IMG/VR virus record: IMGVR_UViG_3300023214_000730
Coordinates: 1-36,213 of that record
Direction: 5' to 3' (one strand)
Length of the DNA stretch: 36,213 bases
DNA from: a virus
Taxonomy: Duplodnaviria; Caudoviricetes
The notes below the pieces were generated by a model. The model had not been told where the DNA came from. It did not search any database and was given only the letters and a program-made list of their open reading frames with translations. Below, piece after piece: positions 8,855-18,972 of the stretch (its first letter is position 1; the number at the start of each line of letters is the position of its first letter). The translations under genes and the position numbers were made by a program.

Positions 8855-10080
8855 TAGGTTACCATCACTCTTAAGTTGCGCACCCTTGGGCGATATAAAA
8901 CATTACCGGTTAACACCAATTTAACCCGAGTTTGATCGCCACTAAAATTTTCTAAAATATGAGTGCGCTCAACCCAGTTTTCACCAACCGGTTTACCAGC
9001 AGTTAATTCTACTAATTGATAGTTGTTTTCTGTTACTTCAACATAGGCTTTTACATCAGCTGTCCCTGTTAAAAAAGCCTCATAGGTGATAGTCACTTTG
9101 CTATTTGCTTCAGCAGGAATTGCCCGGGTAATGTAATTTGCGCTTTCCTGGATTTTGCCACAAATAATTTGCACCCCAGGATATACAACGGGGCTACGAT
9201 TATTAGAGCCTCTTAGATGTGCTTTACAATTTAGATTGCCAGTTAATCTTGAGCGTAGAGCAACAGGCAAATCATCTGCTAAACGATGCACCACGCCATC
9301 TTCATCAGTCAAAGAAAACTCAGCATCAGTATCAGAGGCAACGCGTTCTACATTAGCTAGGGCAATTAAATCTGATACATCTTCCATTGCTAGCGTGCCT
9401 AAATCAATTGTGCGACTAGATTCTGTAAATTTGGCAGCAAGCAAACGAAAAGTTAAATCTCTTTCTTGATGTGGAGTCCAAGTAGAAGCATTGCTAGAGG
9501 ATAGCAATACACCAACTTGATAAGCTTGTGAAGTAACCCATCTGCTATGCACTGCATCATATTTTCCCAGCTCTGCGATTTTAACAGCAGCATTAGCATC
9601 ATCTGTCATTAATACAATTGCATATTCTCTGCCTGCCTCTAACCAAACAGGCTGCCAGGTTATACGTGTTGGATTACCATTAGTATTAATTTGACTAGGT
9701 TGAATATCACCCTCGGCAAGCACAGTTTGATTAGGCAGCCCTACATTAGTTTCTCTGATTTGAGCGACAATACGTTTTTCACCTGGAACACCAAACCATA
9801 ATTCAATACCACCTACATGACGACTTTCAGATAAAGTAAAAGTTTGCGCCAGCGGATCAAAGCGTCTAATAACAACCGTTGTTTCATTACGCCTAACATC
9901 AGTAACAGTCGTAACTCTGCGCCTATCTTCTGTCGTTATTAATCCACGACTGGTATAAGTGGTCTCCCCATAATTACCTTGATCACCAATAAACTGAACT
10001 AATTTTGTTCCTGTCGGCACATTTTCTGGAACTGTAAATTGCCCAGAAATTTCACCTTGTTCGTTTGCTGTAAGAGTCAT
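8854..10080 (-). CDS. VrlC-like tail/baseplate protein, C-terminal part
   Basis: FTVPENVPTGTK, DPLAQTF, YQVGVLLSSSNASTWTPHQ motifs; in frame with the upstream DUF4815-like gene; AGGA RBS. Confidence 0.75.
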   Translation of the reverse strand: MTLTANEQGEISGQFTVPENVPTGTKLVQFIGDQGNYGETTYTSRGLITTEDRRRVTTVTDVRRNETTVVIRRFDPLAQTFTLSESRHVGGIELWFGVPGEKRIVAQIRETNVGLPNQTVLAEGDIQPSQINTNGNPTRITWQPVWLEAGREYAIVLMTDDANAAVKIAELGKYDAVHSRWVTSQAYQVGVLLSSSNASTWTPHQERDLTFRLLAAKFTESSRTIDLGTLAMEDVSDLIALANVERVASDTDAEFSLTDEDGVVHRLADDLPVALRSRLTGNLNCKAHLRGSNNRSPVVYPGVQIICGKIQESANYITRAIPAEANSKVTITYEAFLTGTADVKAYVEVTENNYQLVELTAGKPVGENWVERTHILENFSGDQTRVKLVLTGNVLYRPRVRNLRVMVT

Positions 10081-10083
10081 AAT

Positions 10084-12105
10084 TTATCCTTGTGCTTCAG
10101 GTTCAATATCAATACCATCAAAAACCATTCTTAGGGTTTCGCCTGGGGTAAAGCCACGCACTGTGAAATTCTGCAAAATGGTACGCATAAAAGCAGCCTG
10201 CCTATTATTACTAGAAAGCAACTCATTACTTTCATCAACTTGGGTACGTAGTAAAACATTGCGGGTGGTGACGGACTGTGTTCGGCTAACCCAACCTCCG
10301 CCATTAACAACTTGTCTCGTAATTGGGCTTGAAAAAATACTAAAGCGCCGTGTGACCGGGCTTGACCAGTTGGTTTCAACTTCGGTCCAACGATCAATAT
10401 TTAAAATGATTTCTGTTTTAGCAGGGATGGGCTCAAAAGCCTGATATGGATTAATTTTCATATCCATGGTTTGCAATGGCTGCTCTAAAATTGTCTCTAA
10501 TTCATAAGGCAAAATCCAAGCGCTACTAGATTTACCAATATCGGCAACTTCTGCGGCAATCGGTAGAGTTAATTCTTGATCGACAATAGCAGCTGTCTGC
10601 GCTAATCCCTGATCGCGCATATCATCATCAAAAAATGGATCGACAAATACGCCTTTTTTAGCAGAGGGTTCTTGAGCATTGGCATCATTACGTAATTTTT
10701 CTTGCGCTAACAAATCATACAAATCATTTATTGCTGAGCGCATCCTTTCTATATCACTCATTGAGATAGCATGAATAGCGTTATTCATAATGAATGGCTT
10801 AGCATCTGCGTGCCAGTTTTGTTCAACATAAGCCAATGCCAACTGACCAGATGGTGCTCTTGGAATAGAAGGTCGCCAAGGATGTGCTATGCCTTTTATG
10901 CGGCGCACAACTCCTTGTCTATCAATCGTCAACAAATCATAGCGAGGCATACTCCATACATAATCAACAAGCACCAAACTGCCTTCTACAGCACCTGTTA
11001 TTGTAAATCCTGATTCTGTTATATCGGTTGGAGTAATACGTTCTCTAGCTTGATATGTGATCTCGTAAGTGCTACCAGGAGCCGGCTCTGAGCCAGGCAA
11101 AGACCAATCTACCCCACCTAATTGCAGGCGATAATCTTCGCCATTTGTATAAACAGTTGCACCTTGTTTGGCTTGTATAATGCTTAATACTGCATCATCT
11201 GGAATTGGATCGGAGCTGCCTGTAAAAGAACCATGCGTCATGGTGATGGTTTTTTCAACGGTAATATCAACATCACTAACTTCTGCTAATGGCTGATTAT
11301 TTAAGACAACAATCATGTCGCCATTTTCATCTGCCTGAAATGTATGAGGTTCAGATTCAACTGTCTGTAAATCTGGATCGATTGGGAAACGTGAGCGCAG
11401 ACTGTGTGGCAACTCTATTTCATAACCATCAACATGCGCTTTACCATCATCAATAACAAAAGTTTGCTCGCCATTTGCATTATTCAAGAACCAGACTTTA
11501 AAACCTTTGACTACATAAGAGCCATTGGATTCCCTATCATATCTAGCCAATGCGCTGTTTACAGCATCAAGCTGTGGCGGTGGCGCTGTTTGGATTAACA
11601 CACCATTATCAACAGCATAAATAGGATAGAACTCAGCGCCTTCTCTAGGTGTTGTGATACCTTCTGCTTGATAATCCCAATCTAAAGAAATTTTAGTTCT
11701 AGCAGCGCCTGGTTCTTGATAATTTCTAGTACCAACAGCAGGATCGCGTAAATTTGGATCTTCTAATTCGGTAATAGTGCTTTCTTGGTACCAAACACCA
11801 ATACGCACTGTGGTATCAATTGGAATGGTAAGTTGGCTAGCGCTAACAATGCGCACGCTACCACGTAAATAAACGGCACCAGCTTCAATTGTAGTATTGC
11901 CGGAATCAGGATTGACAACGCAAGTTGCCCCTTGGATTACATCTCCATCACGAAATATCGCATCGCCAATACCTTTGATTTTATACCAAGCATAATCCTG
12001 AATTTCATTTAACTCTGCAGACTGCAAGCCACGACCTGATAGAAATAAACTTTTGTCGTAATTTTTACTTGGATCAAATCGGTTATAGTAATTTTTAAGT
12101 GTCAT
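10084..12105 (-). CDS. DUF4815 / VrlC-like tail protein, N-terminal part
   Basis: YYNRFDPSKNY...LQSAELNEIQ, LRDPAVGTRNYQEPGAAR, KKGVFVDPFFDDDMRDQG motifs. Confidence 0.82.
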   Translation of the reverse strand: MTLKNYYNRFDPSKNYDKSLFLSGRGLQSAELNEIQDYAWYKIKGIGDAIFRDGDVIQGATCVVNPDSGNTTIEAGAVYLRGSVRIVSASQLTIPIDTTVRIGVWYQESTITELEDPNLRDPAVGTRNYQEPGAARTKISLDWDYQAEGITTPREGAEFYPIYAVDNGVLIQTAPPPQLDAVNSALARYDRESNGSYVVKGFKVWFLNNANGEQTFVIDDGKAHVDGYEIELPHSLRSRFPIDPDLQTVESEPHTFQADENGDMIVVLNNQPLAEVSDVDITVEKTITMTHGSFTGSSDPIPDDAVLSIIQAKQGATVYTNGEDYRLQLGGVDWSLPGSEPAPGSTYEITYQARERITPTDITESGFTITGAVEGSLVLVDYVWSMPRYDLLTIDRQGVVRRIKGIAHPWRPSIPRAPSGQLALAYVEQNWHADAKPFIMNNAIHAISMSDIERMRSAINDLYDLLAQEKLRNDANAQEPSAKKGVFVDPFFDDDMRDQGLAQTAAIVDQELTLPIAAEVADIGKSSSAWILPYELETILEQPLQTMDMKINPYQAFEPIPAKTEIILNIDRWTEVETNWSSPVTRRFSIFSSPITRQVVNGGGWVSRTQSVTTRNVLLRTQVDESNELLSSNNRQAAFMRTILQNFTVRGFTPGETLRMVFDGIDIEPEAQG

Positions 12106-12118
12106 ACGTTTATCATCC

Positions 12119-12771
12119 TTAAAATGTCACCACAAAGGTAAAGGTTTCTCGTGTTGCAGCAGTGCGTACCAGTGGTACCGTATGCTCAAGCACCAATAAA
12201 ATTCCTGGAGTTAAGATTTGTTCTGGCGTGAAATATCTCTGGCCCGGTGGTAATTCTGTTAAAAATTCAATACCTACCATCACGCCTAATTCTTGGATTA
12301 CCTGATTAGCTGCATCTTCAAAATCAAAGGTGAATTTTAAGAACAAATTATTAGTAGGTGATTGGCTTTCTGTAAATCTACCGCTTGGCGTAATTAATTC
12401 ACCATTTTCATCACCAGACCAACCTGATTCATTAAGCTGGTGCTGTTAATGGATTCACGCGGGGTATCTTGGATATAAGTGATATCAATCAAGGCATCTA
12501 TAGCAATACCACCTAAAGGCAGACGTGTAATCGTGCCGCTGACAGTATCAACGCTATAATCTTCTCCTGAGCTAAAGATCGTTTCATCTTGGCTCACCAC
12601 TACATCTTTAACCGGGCTATGGGGCAAGGTAATAAGTTCATCAACAAAATTAGCTTGTAGGCTATGATTGCTGCCCCAAGCGGGATCACCTGAACCCTAA
12701 GCCAGATGTATAGCTTGTTCTTTTATACTTGCAGCTATGGCGGCACGGCCCGAGCTGGTTAATATTGCCAT
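12119..12771 (-). pseudogene. Disrupted VrlB-like baseplate/tail gene (nonsense codon + frameshift)
   Basis: ATG 12771 with GAGG RBS reads MAILTSSGRAAIAASIKEQAIHLA*GSGDPAW (TAG at 12699-12697), continues in frame into ORF 12394..12627, then shifts frame near 12418-12416 into GDENGELITPSGRF...FLKFTFDF...FVVTF (ORF 12119..12346). Confidence 0.85.
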
Positions 12772-12799
12772 GAAATACCCTCAAGATAGTTATGCATCA

Positions 12800-14008
12800 T
12801 CAGTTATGGGTTATATTCACAATCGGCGATTGATCTGTCCAAGGACGATTTAAATGAGGATGTTCATGCCAAAGTAAGGTACCAGGATAGTCGCTGGTGA
12901 AATATTGATCGGCTTGATTGCTGCTATTTAATAGCCAAGGGCTCAATGGCGAATCAGATAAACTAGGCCACAAGCGTCCAGGCAATAAATGGGCACCATA
13001 TTCTTGTTCAACCATTAAACTTGCTGGTTCAAAACTAAAAATATTTTCAGTGTTATGTTCATGCTCTAATGTTTTACGCTCTAATATTGCTTCCTCAAAT
13101 ATTTCCCATAGATGTAGAGATAATAAATCTTCATCCAATTGGGCTGTCCTGCCTATTTCAGTATCAGATTTTGCTGGAAAACAACTGTTAATAGCACCTA
13201 ATTCAGATTGCTCTGATAAAACTATTTGCGCTTTAATAAACCCATACCAGGTAATCAATGGATTTTTGGCCACAAATAACTGATCTAAATTTTTAAAAAC
13301 ACTTAAACGCTGTAAAATCATGTCACGATTTGGAACATGGTGGGGTGATTCATCAATAATAGCGACATCTAATCTATATAAATCATCACTAATGGCTGCA
13401 TTATAGTATTCACGCAAATAAGCATTCTTAAGTAAAATATCACTAGCTGTGGAGTTAAAATTATTAATTCGTCCAAACGATAAAACTGGATCTTGATTGT
13501 CAATTCGTACTCCAGAATAATCTGACAACAAATCTCCCCATTGACTGTGATCTAATTTAAACCTGCGAATATCATGCAAATGATTATACATACGCATTAG
13601 CCTAGAACGCGCAGGTGCTGCTAATCTTGCTAGCCCAACAACACTATCGACAAAAAAATCATTCGGCACATCATCTGGAATGCCCACTTGAAATTCTGCA
13701 AAATGTTCACCTGGTGGCTCTTCTTCAATAATGATGTCATTAATATTGGCCCAGCTAAGCGCCATACGTAATGCTTTGGGTGTGCCTTTAATGCGATGAA
13801 AATATACACCTTGCTCTATAGCAAGTTTTGGATCGGGTAACCAAATAGAAATTTCCCCTAAGCTATATTCGTATAATAGCCAGGGCATGATTTCATTCAG
13901 CGGTACAAATTTAGCACCGCGAATAATAGTGGGGTCAAGTGGATAATGACTTGCAATTTCTAAGTTTTTCTCTTGTTCAGAGGCGTTAGGAGGCAACACG
14001 GTTATCAT
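12800..14008 (-). CDS. Phage tail protein I family (P2 gpI / VrlA-like)
   Basis: VLPPNAS, MPWLLYEYSLGE, RIKGTPKALRMAL motifs; follows baseplate J. Confidence 0.85.
   Translation of the reverse strand: MITVLPPNASEQEKNLEIASHYPLDPTIIRGAKFVPLNEIMPWLLYEYSLGEISIWLPDPKLAIEQGVYFHRIKGTPKALRMALSWANINDIIIEEEPPGEHFAEFQVGIPDDVPNDFFVDSVVGLARLAAPARSRLMRMYNHLHDIRRFKLDHSQWGDLLSDYSGVRIDNQDPVLSFGRINNFNSTASDILLKNAYLREYYNAAISDDLYRLDVAIIDESPHHVPNRDMILQRLSVFKNLDQLFVAKNPLITWYGFIKAQIVLSEQSELGAINSCFPAKSDTEIGRTAQLDEDLLSLHLWEIFEEAILERKTLEHEHNTENIFSFEPASLMVEQEYGAHLLPGRLWPSLSDSPLSPWLLNSSNQADQYFTSDYPGTLLWHEHPHLNRPWTDQSPIVNITHN
12812..12842 (-). promoter_or_regulatory. Putative phage-sigma promoter TTGGACA-N15-GTGAATATA
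   Basis: Matches the 7-copy motif; about 40 bp upstream of the gene starting at 12771. Confidence 0.6.
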
Positions 14009-14011
14009 AAA

Positions 14012-14848
14012 TTACCACCTACGATCTTTGAGTGTTAATTGTACCGAATCAATGGCAACGCATTCATTTTCAGCAATCTCTATATCTTGTTCAGGGGAAA
14101 TGATTTCAATTTTCTGCATACCTTCGACAAATAAATTACCCATAATCCAAGAGCGGGTTAAATCCCAACCCAAACGTTTTTGCTCAGCAATTGCATTGTT
14201 TAATCTAGTTTTAGATTGAGTAATAATCTCGGCACTGGTTTCAGGATAGAGATAAATATCTGCAATAATTGGAGTAGTTCTAATACCGCACGCTACAACT
14301 TCAACGCTATCGGTTAAAACCCTAACTGTATCATTTGTCACAGCTTCGGTTACAACCTGAAGCAAAGCATCATCTGCAATGCCTTGATTATCAGCTGCCA
14401 AAATAGAGATACGCACTTGGCCTGGTAACGGTGAATCTGCTTGTGCATCTAAAACTCTAGTGCTCGCCGATAATGCATGGTAGCGATAATAATCACGGCT
14501 GCCTGCTGTGGACCATCCTGCAATTTTAGCTTGAGTGCGTTTTCTAAAGGCAAGATCGGATTCTGCCTCCAGGCGTTCCACATTATAAAAAGCAGCTAAG
14601 TGATCTAAGTCTGAACTTAAGGCAAAGGCTAATAAATTTGCTCTTGCTGCATCATTAATACGTTGTCGCAATAATAATTCGCGCCATGCGGCTATTTCTA
14701 AAACTTTAATGGCAGGATCACTTTCAACCAGCGCTGAAAATTCTGGATCTTTAGCAACAAGCTCTTCTTGCATACGACTTAAAATCAGCTCATAACTTAA
14801 TGGCTCTATAATATTTGGCGCTGGTATTTTACTTAAATCTTGTGTCAT
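14012..14848 (-). CDS. Baseplate assembly protein J
   Basis: DLSKIPAPNIIEPLSYE, ESDPAIKVLE, DLDHLAA, STAGS..YYRYHALSA motifs. Confidence 0.94.
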   Translation of the reverse strand: MTQDLSKIPAPNIIEPLSYELILSRMQEELVAKDPEFSALVESDPAIKVLEIAAWRELLLRQRINDAARANLLAFALSSDLDHLAAFYNVERLEAESDLAFRKRTQAKIAGWSTAGSRDYYRYHALSASTRVLDAQADSPLPGQVRISILAADNQGIADDALLQVVTEAVTNDTVRVLTDSVEVVACGIRTTPIIADIYLYPETSAEIITQSKTRLNNAIAEQKRLGWDLTRSWIMGNLFVEGMQKIEIISPEQDIEIAENECVAIDSVQLTLKDRRW

Positions 14849-15183
14849 TGAATAATCAGCCCCTCTAAATTAATTTCGCGTCCCTCTGGCACATAAATGC
14901 CTCTAAGTAGCAAAGTTACACGTCCATCTTCAATGTTTTGCACCTGAACTCGTTCTAATTTAAATCGCTTCTCCCATTTTTCTAAGGCTTCTGCTGTGGC
15001 CATATAAAGCTCAACGGCAAAGCCTTTTTCTATTGGCCTATCAATCAATTCAAATAGTCTCGCACCATAATCACGGCGCATAACACGACTACCAATAGGA
15101 GTGGTCAAAATATCAGAAATGGATTGCTTTAAATGCTCAATCCCTGATAATTCTCTGCCTGTTGTTTTGTTCATCCCGCGCAT
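14845..15183 (-). CDS. Baseplate wedge protein W (gpW/gp25 family)
   Basis: GMNKTTG...HLKQSISDILTTPIGSRVMRRDYG. Confidence 0.95.
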   Translation of the reverse strand: MRGMNKTTGRELSGIEHLKQSISDILTTPIGSRVMRRDYGARLFELIDRPIEKGFAVELYMATAEALEKWEKRFKLERVQVQNIEDGRVTLLLRGIYVPEGREINLEGLIIQ

Positions 15184-15185
15184 TG

Positions 15186-15476
15186 TTAACCACCTGCAAA
15201 TACATTATCGCTACCTTCAGCACATTTAGAGCCACAGGAAATTGGATCTCCAATTCGTGCTACTGGTTTGCCATTTATATATACAGATTCAGAACCCGTG
15301 CTTAAAACGCCACCATGAGGCGGAGTATTAGGACAAGCATGTAATTCCCAACTATCATCCTGACGATGCACGCCTTTGCCATTAACCAGAACATTATCAC
15401 TTGCCTGATTATTAGGCCGTGGTGGAAAGCAGCTATGGCCACTGCATTTATCTTGAAAACGTACAATTGCTGGCAT
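15186..15476 (-). CDS. PAAR domain spike-tip protein
   Basis: MPAIVR..D.CSGH, VLVNGKGVHR, VYINGKPVARIGD, GSDNVFAGG repeats with Cys/His. Confidence 0.92.
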   Translation of the reverse strand: MPAIVRFQDKCSGHSCFPPRPNNQASDNVLVNGKGVHRQDDSWELHACPNTPPHGGVLSTGSESVYINGKPVARIGDPISCGSKCAEGSDNVFAGG

Positions 15477-15943
15477 CAGTTCAACTCAATCTTAGTGGCG
15501 TTAAGAATAATTTTGTCTTGGTTAATTTCAATAGAAGAGTCACCAACTTTTAAGGTGATGCTCCCGGCTTGTGTGACATCAAAAGTAAAATTGTGATCAC
15601 TGCGATCGTAATGTATTGTGGTGCCATCTTTAAACTCCATACTTTGTTTCTCAACATTGGTTTCAGGGGCAGAATGCTTTTGCTGATAAATGCCACGAAT
15701 AACCGTCCCTTGACTCATCTCACCACTGGGCGACAATACTAAAACTTGCTCACCGATTTCTGGGGCATTCCAATTGCGATTATGGGTTGCATTGCTTGTG
15801 ATCCAAGGTAGCCACTGCGTAGTAATTGGACCAATTTTTATTTTAACCCGCGCTTTTTCATAATCAGCTTCAACGACACTACCAAGGCGAATAAGATTAG
15901 CTAAGCGCCTGTTCATTTCAGATAAACTAAACCCCTGATCCAT
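15476..15943 (-). CDS. Baseplate assembly protein V (central spike)
   Basis: RRLANLIRLGSV, WLPW, PEIGEQVLVLSPSGE motifs. Confidence 0.94.
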   Translation of the reverse strand: MDQGFSLSEMNRRLANLIRLGSVVEADYEKARVKIKIGPITTQWLPWITSNATHNRNWNAPEIGEQVLVLSPSGEMSQGTVIRGIYQQKHSAPETNVEKQSMEFKDGTTIHYDRSDHNFTFDVTQAGSITLKVGDSSIEINQDKIILNATKIELN

Positions 15944-16451
15944 CTGCTAGCTCCTGATATTTGTTTTCGTGTGGAGGACCAATATAAGGCGCAAAACCGG
16001 CATAAATAGTATGCGCTGCAATGTCAGTATCATTCCAAATAGAATCACCTAAGTGCAATTGATGCTGCCATTCAACGACCCAAACCAAATAAGCATCTAA
16101 ATCAGCTTTAAAAGCATCAGGACTTGCGCTAGTAAAATCAGCAGGGCTCACATTTAATCCCCATTGATTGCGATGCACTAATATTGCAAGCGCTGCTGCT
16201 AAATTTTGAATATGTAATTCAGCATTATCAATGGTGTTATCTATAACCACGCGCGCTTCAATATTCACAATAACTGCAAGCTCACCCGTGCCTGGATCTT
16301 GTCCTGGCTCTATATTACTCAGCTCAATAAAAACAGCAGGTGCTTGAATAGCTTTACGAATACTGGGATATAAGTCACATCGTTGCACGGCGGGGATTTT
16401 CTCAAGGACTGTTGATTGAATGGCTTTTTGCAAAGATTCTAAAATGCTCAT
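15927..16451 (-). CDS. Putative tail completion/terminator protein
   Basis: PAVFIEL..IEPG.DPGTGE, QWGL, YLVWVVEWQH; position between gpZ-like and gpV. Confidence 0.6.
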   Translation of the reverse strand: MSILESLQKAIQSTVLEKIPAVQRCDLYPSIRKAIQAPAVFIELSNIEPGQDPGTGELAVIVNIEARVVIDNTIDNAELHIQNLAAALAILVHRNQWGLNVSPADFTSASPDAFKADLDAYLVWVVEWQHQLHLGDSIWNDTDIAAHTIYAGFAPYIGPPHENKYQELADGSGV

Positions 16452-16984
16452 GCTTGCCTCTTGGTTGCAAATTTAATTTCATGAGCAAAAAGCTTAGTAA
16501 ATTGTTGCGCTGCCTTTTCATCGGTAATTTCTTTGATAATGGTAGAGGCAATAGGTTCAAGCGGGAATACCACTTCACGAATAGGTAGTTTTCTGCGAGA
16601 TTTACGCTTGTAAATTCCTGTATGGCCCGTTGGCATTGTGGCCACAAAAGCACCTTTAAAATGACGTTTACCGGCTTTAGCGCCTGTTTTGGTTTGGCGC
16701 ATATTGCCAATTTGATTGGCTTTCACCCCATGTAAACTTGCTAGAACTCTAGCGATTAATTGTTTACGATTTGCTTTTAAAACTTGCAATCTATTTCGGA
16801 TAATTTTTTGTTTGAGTAATTTTTCTTTTGCGATTTCTGTAACGCTTTGAGATCTTACCCAAAGTGCTGTTTTATTCAATGCGCGCATCAAAGCTATTTC
16901 TAGCTGGTTTTTAGAGCTTTCAATAGATGAAATAATATTATCAATTTCATTACTATCAGAAATATCTAAATTAAATACGCGCAT
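16448..16984 (-). CDS. Minor tail protein Z-like
   Basis: Basic protein with RALNKTA, GAFVATMPTGHTGIYKR, LPIREV motifs. Confidence 0.8.
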   Translation of the reverse strand: MRVFNLDISDSNEIDNIISSIESSKNQLEIALMRALNKTALWVRSQSVTEIAKEKLLKQKIIRNRLQVLKANRKQLIARVLASLHGVKANQIGNMRQTKTGAKAGKRHFKGAFVATMPTGHTGIYKRKSRRKLPIREVVFPLEPIASTIIKEITDEKAAQQFTKLFAHEIKFATKRQA

Positions 16985-16985
16985 C

Positions 16986-17291
16986 CTATATCTCCATCAC
17001 TTGCATTTGCCAAAGCCTAGTTGATTGATCTAATAGTGGCTCTGATATTACTTTGAATGACAATGTGCCTATGACAAAAACAAGCCCAACATTTGGCATT
17101 GATTCTAAATTTGCATCTTGCACCTCCACAATACCTGTTGTGCCAATAAAATCATTTTGAGAGCTTTCATAAAGGCTATCTGCTGCTTTAAATAAGACCT
17201 GAATGATTTTTCCATTGGGTAATGTTGCTTCAACACCTAAATGTAATAGTGAATCATCAATTAAACGCAATATGTTGGGCTTTAGCATCAT
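16986..17291 (-). CDS. Putative head-tail joining protein
   Basis: 101 aa beta-rich ORF immediately after the major capsid gene; assignment is positional. Confidence 0.55.
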   Translation of the reverse strand: MMLKPNILRLIDDSLLHLGVEATLPNGKIIQVLFKAADSLYESSQNDFIGTTGIVEVQDANLESMPNVGLVFVIGTLSFKVISEPLLDQSTRLWQMQVMEI

Positions 17292-18292
17292 TAGGCACTG
17301 ATTTTCACCAATACTCCAGGCCTATGACACATTGGCAGTGGGTTAGATTGCGTATGCAAATCAGTACCACGTTCAAAGCGTCTTGGCTCTTGCTTGGCAT
17401 AAAGCGGTTTACCCAAAGTATTAACGGTTTCATTAAAATCAGCTGGAGCAAAATAGGTGCTAAAAGTTTCACTTGTGCCTAACGGAAAACAATGCCCGGT
17501 ATTTTGTGCAATAAAACGTCTAACATTACCATCTGGATCGGTTGCCTGACCACGATATTCTTCAAAAGTAATGCCTGCAAAGGTAAATCCAGCACGCATA
17601 TCTGAGCGTAGCGCCGAACCTTCTTGCCATCTTTCATATGCTTCTTTAACTTTTGAATGAGAAGTTAACGCATCGAAAAACTCAGGGCTAACCAAGGCAT
17701 GGACTGCTGTCATATATTCACCGCGAAGATTATCTTCAATGTGGCGCAATACTTCTAAACATTTTTTCTTTACATCCGTACCAGCTGTCCCTAAAGCAAA
17801 GCTGACTTCTTTTGGCTGAATTTCAAACTCATCATATAAATCAACTAAAGCTGTTCCATCAGCATCTAAAATAACGCCTTTTAATGCGCCCATTCGTAAA
17901 TGCTCTAATGTTATGGCATGTTTATTACGCATAGATTGCAGATGATCGGTTAACACATTAGCAATGGTTTGAATTTCAGTTTCACTGCCAAAAGCACGTA
18001 AGCCTTGTACTTCTTCAGGTAACACCACATCATCATGAGGAATATGCGGTATACTAAAGCTTCTGACTTTGCGCTTATCGCGTTTCCCAACGGTGCCAGG
18101 CGCACCTGGATGTTGAGTTGGTAGTAAATTTAGAATACCATTTTTTTCTTCTACGGCAATATGCCTAAAACGTACGGCTTTGCTTGGAAATAAATTAATG
18201 GATTCTAATTTGCCATAATTATTCGGCAATAAATTGATACCAGCTGTGAGTGCTGTCATATCAAAAGCTGTATTGGTAAATGGATTTTGCAT
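17291..18292 (-). CDS. Major capsid protein (lambda gpE family)
   Basis: LTAGINLLPN, EHLRMGALKG, FAPADFNETVNTLG, QSNPLPMCHRP motifs. Confidence 0.95.
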   Translation of the reverse strand: MQNPFTNTAFDMTALTAGINLLPNNYGKLESINLFPSKAVRFRHIAVEEKNGILNLLPTQHPGAPGTVGKRDKRKVRSFSIPHIPHDDVVLPEEVQGLRAFGSETEIQTIANVLTDHLQSMRNKHAITLEHLRMGALKGVILDADGTALVDLYDEFEIQPKEVSFALGTAGTDVKKKCLEVLRHIEDNLRGEYMTAVHALVSPEFFDALTSHSKVKEAYERWQEGSALRSDMRAGFTFAGITFEEYRGQATDPDGNVRRFIAQNTGHCFPLGTSETFSTYFAPADFNETVNTLGKPLYAKQEPRRFERGTDLHTQSNPLPMCHRPGVLVKISA

Positions 18293-18295
18293 AAC

Positions 18296-18667
18296 TTACA
18301 CTCCTTTTCGAATAATAATGCCACGAGACTCTAGCTGAGCTATCGCATCTGTTTTTTGCTCATCAGTTAGTGATGGCCAAACGATTGCATGATCGGCTAA
18401 AATAGCCTCTCTGGTGAGCATAGGAGCTTTTTTAGACTCGCTAGTTGCATCACAATCTTCTAGCAAAACGCCGATAATGGCTTCGCTACCATCTGTTGCC
18501 AGTGGATCAAAAACTTTAACCAACCCAGTTTCTGTAATTCGCCCAACAATACCACCAAGCTTTAGGTTTTGACCTTGAGCAACATCCACAGCCTCGCGTG
18601 AATAAAGATTACTGGTTTCATATTTTAATAAATCCCCAAGATTATTGGGCTCTATAGCAACGCTCAT
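18296..18667 (-). CDS. Head decoration protein (gpD-like)
   Basis: LGDLLKYE...YSRE, DGSEAIIGVL, AIAQLESRGIIIR; between protease and capsid. Confidence 0.88.
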   Translation of the reverse strand: MSVAIEPNNLGDLLKYETSNLYSREAVDVAQGQNLKLGGIVGRITETGLVKVFDPLATDGSEAIIGVLLEDCDATSESKKAPMLTREAILADHAIVWPSLTDEQKTDAIAQLESRGIIIRKGV

Positions 18668-18972
18668 ACATATCTCCTATTATTTTCTGCTCGCTTTGAT
18701 GCAATATCAACAAGCGGGTTAGTGGTTTCACCTTGTTTAGGGGCATGAATACTGACAATATCCTGAGGTTGTTGCTCCGCAAGATGCGATAGTAAAAAAT
18801 CACGCGCTGTATCAGGGCGTACATCTTGTTCGATAAATTCAGATAGTTTATGGGGCACTTTAGCAAGCTTACATAAGCGACATAATTCTAAAATACTTTC
18901 GCGATAAGCATGCTTACCCTCTAATTTTGCTTTATCTTCTAAAGCTGCAATATCAATAGTTTCTTCAGCCAT
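18664..18972 (-). CDS. Nested in-frame scaffolding protein (Nu3-like)
   Basis: Internal ATG 18972 (MAEETIDI) with AAGGA at 18985-18981, after the protease domain; a promoter motif lies just upstream. Confidence 0.65.
   Translation of the reverse strand: MAEETIDIAALEDKAKLEGKHAYRESILELCRLCKLAKVPHKLSEFIEQDVRPDTARDFLLSHLAEQQPQDIVSIHAPKQGETTNPLVDIASKRAENNRRYV

Noticed and set aside
12697-12699. In-frame TAG as stop-codon reassignment
   Set aside because: TAG ends other genes at expected lengths (1988-1990, 15927-15929, 16986-16988) and the same gene also has a frameshift
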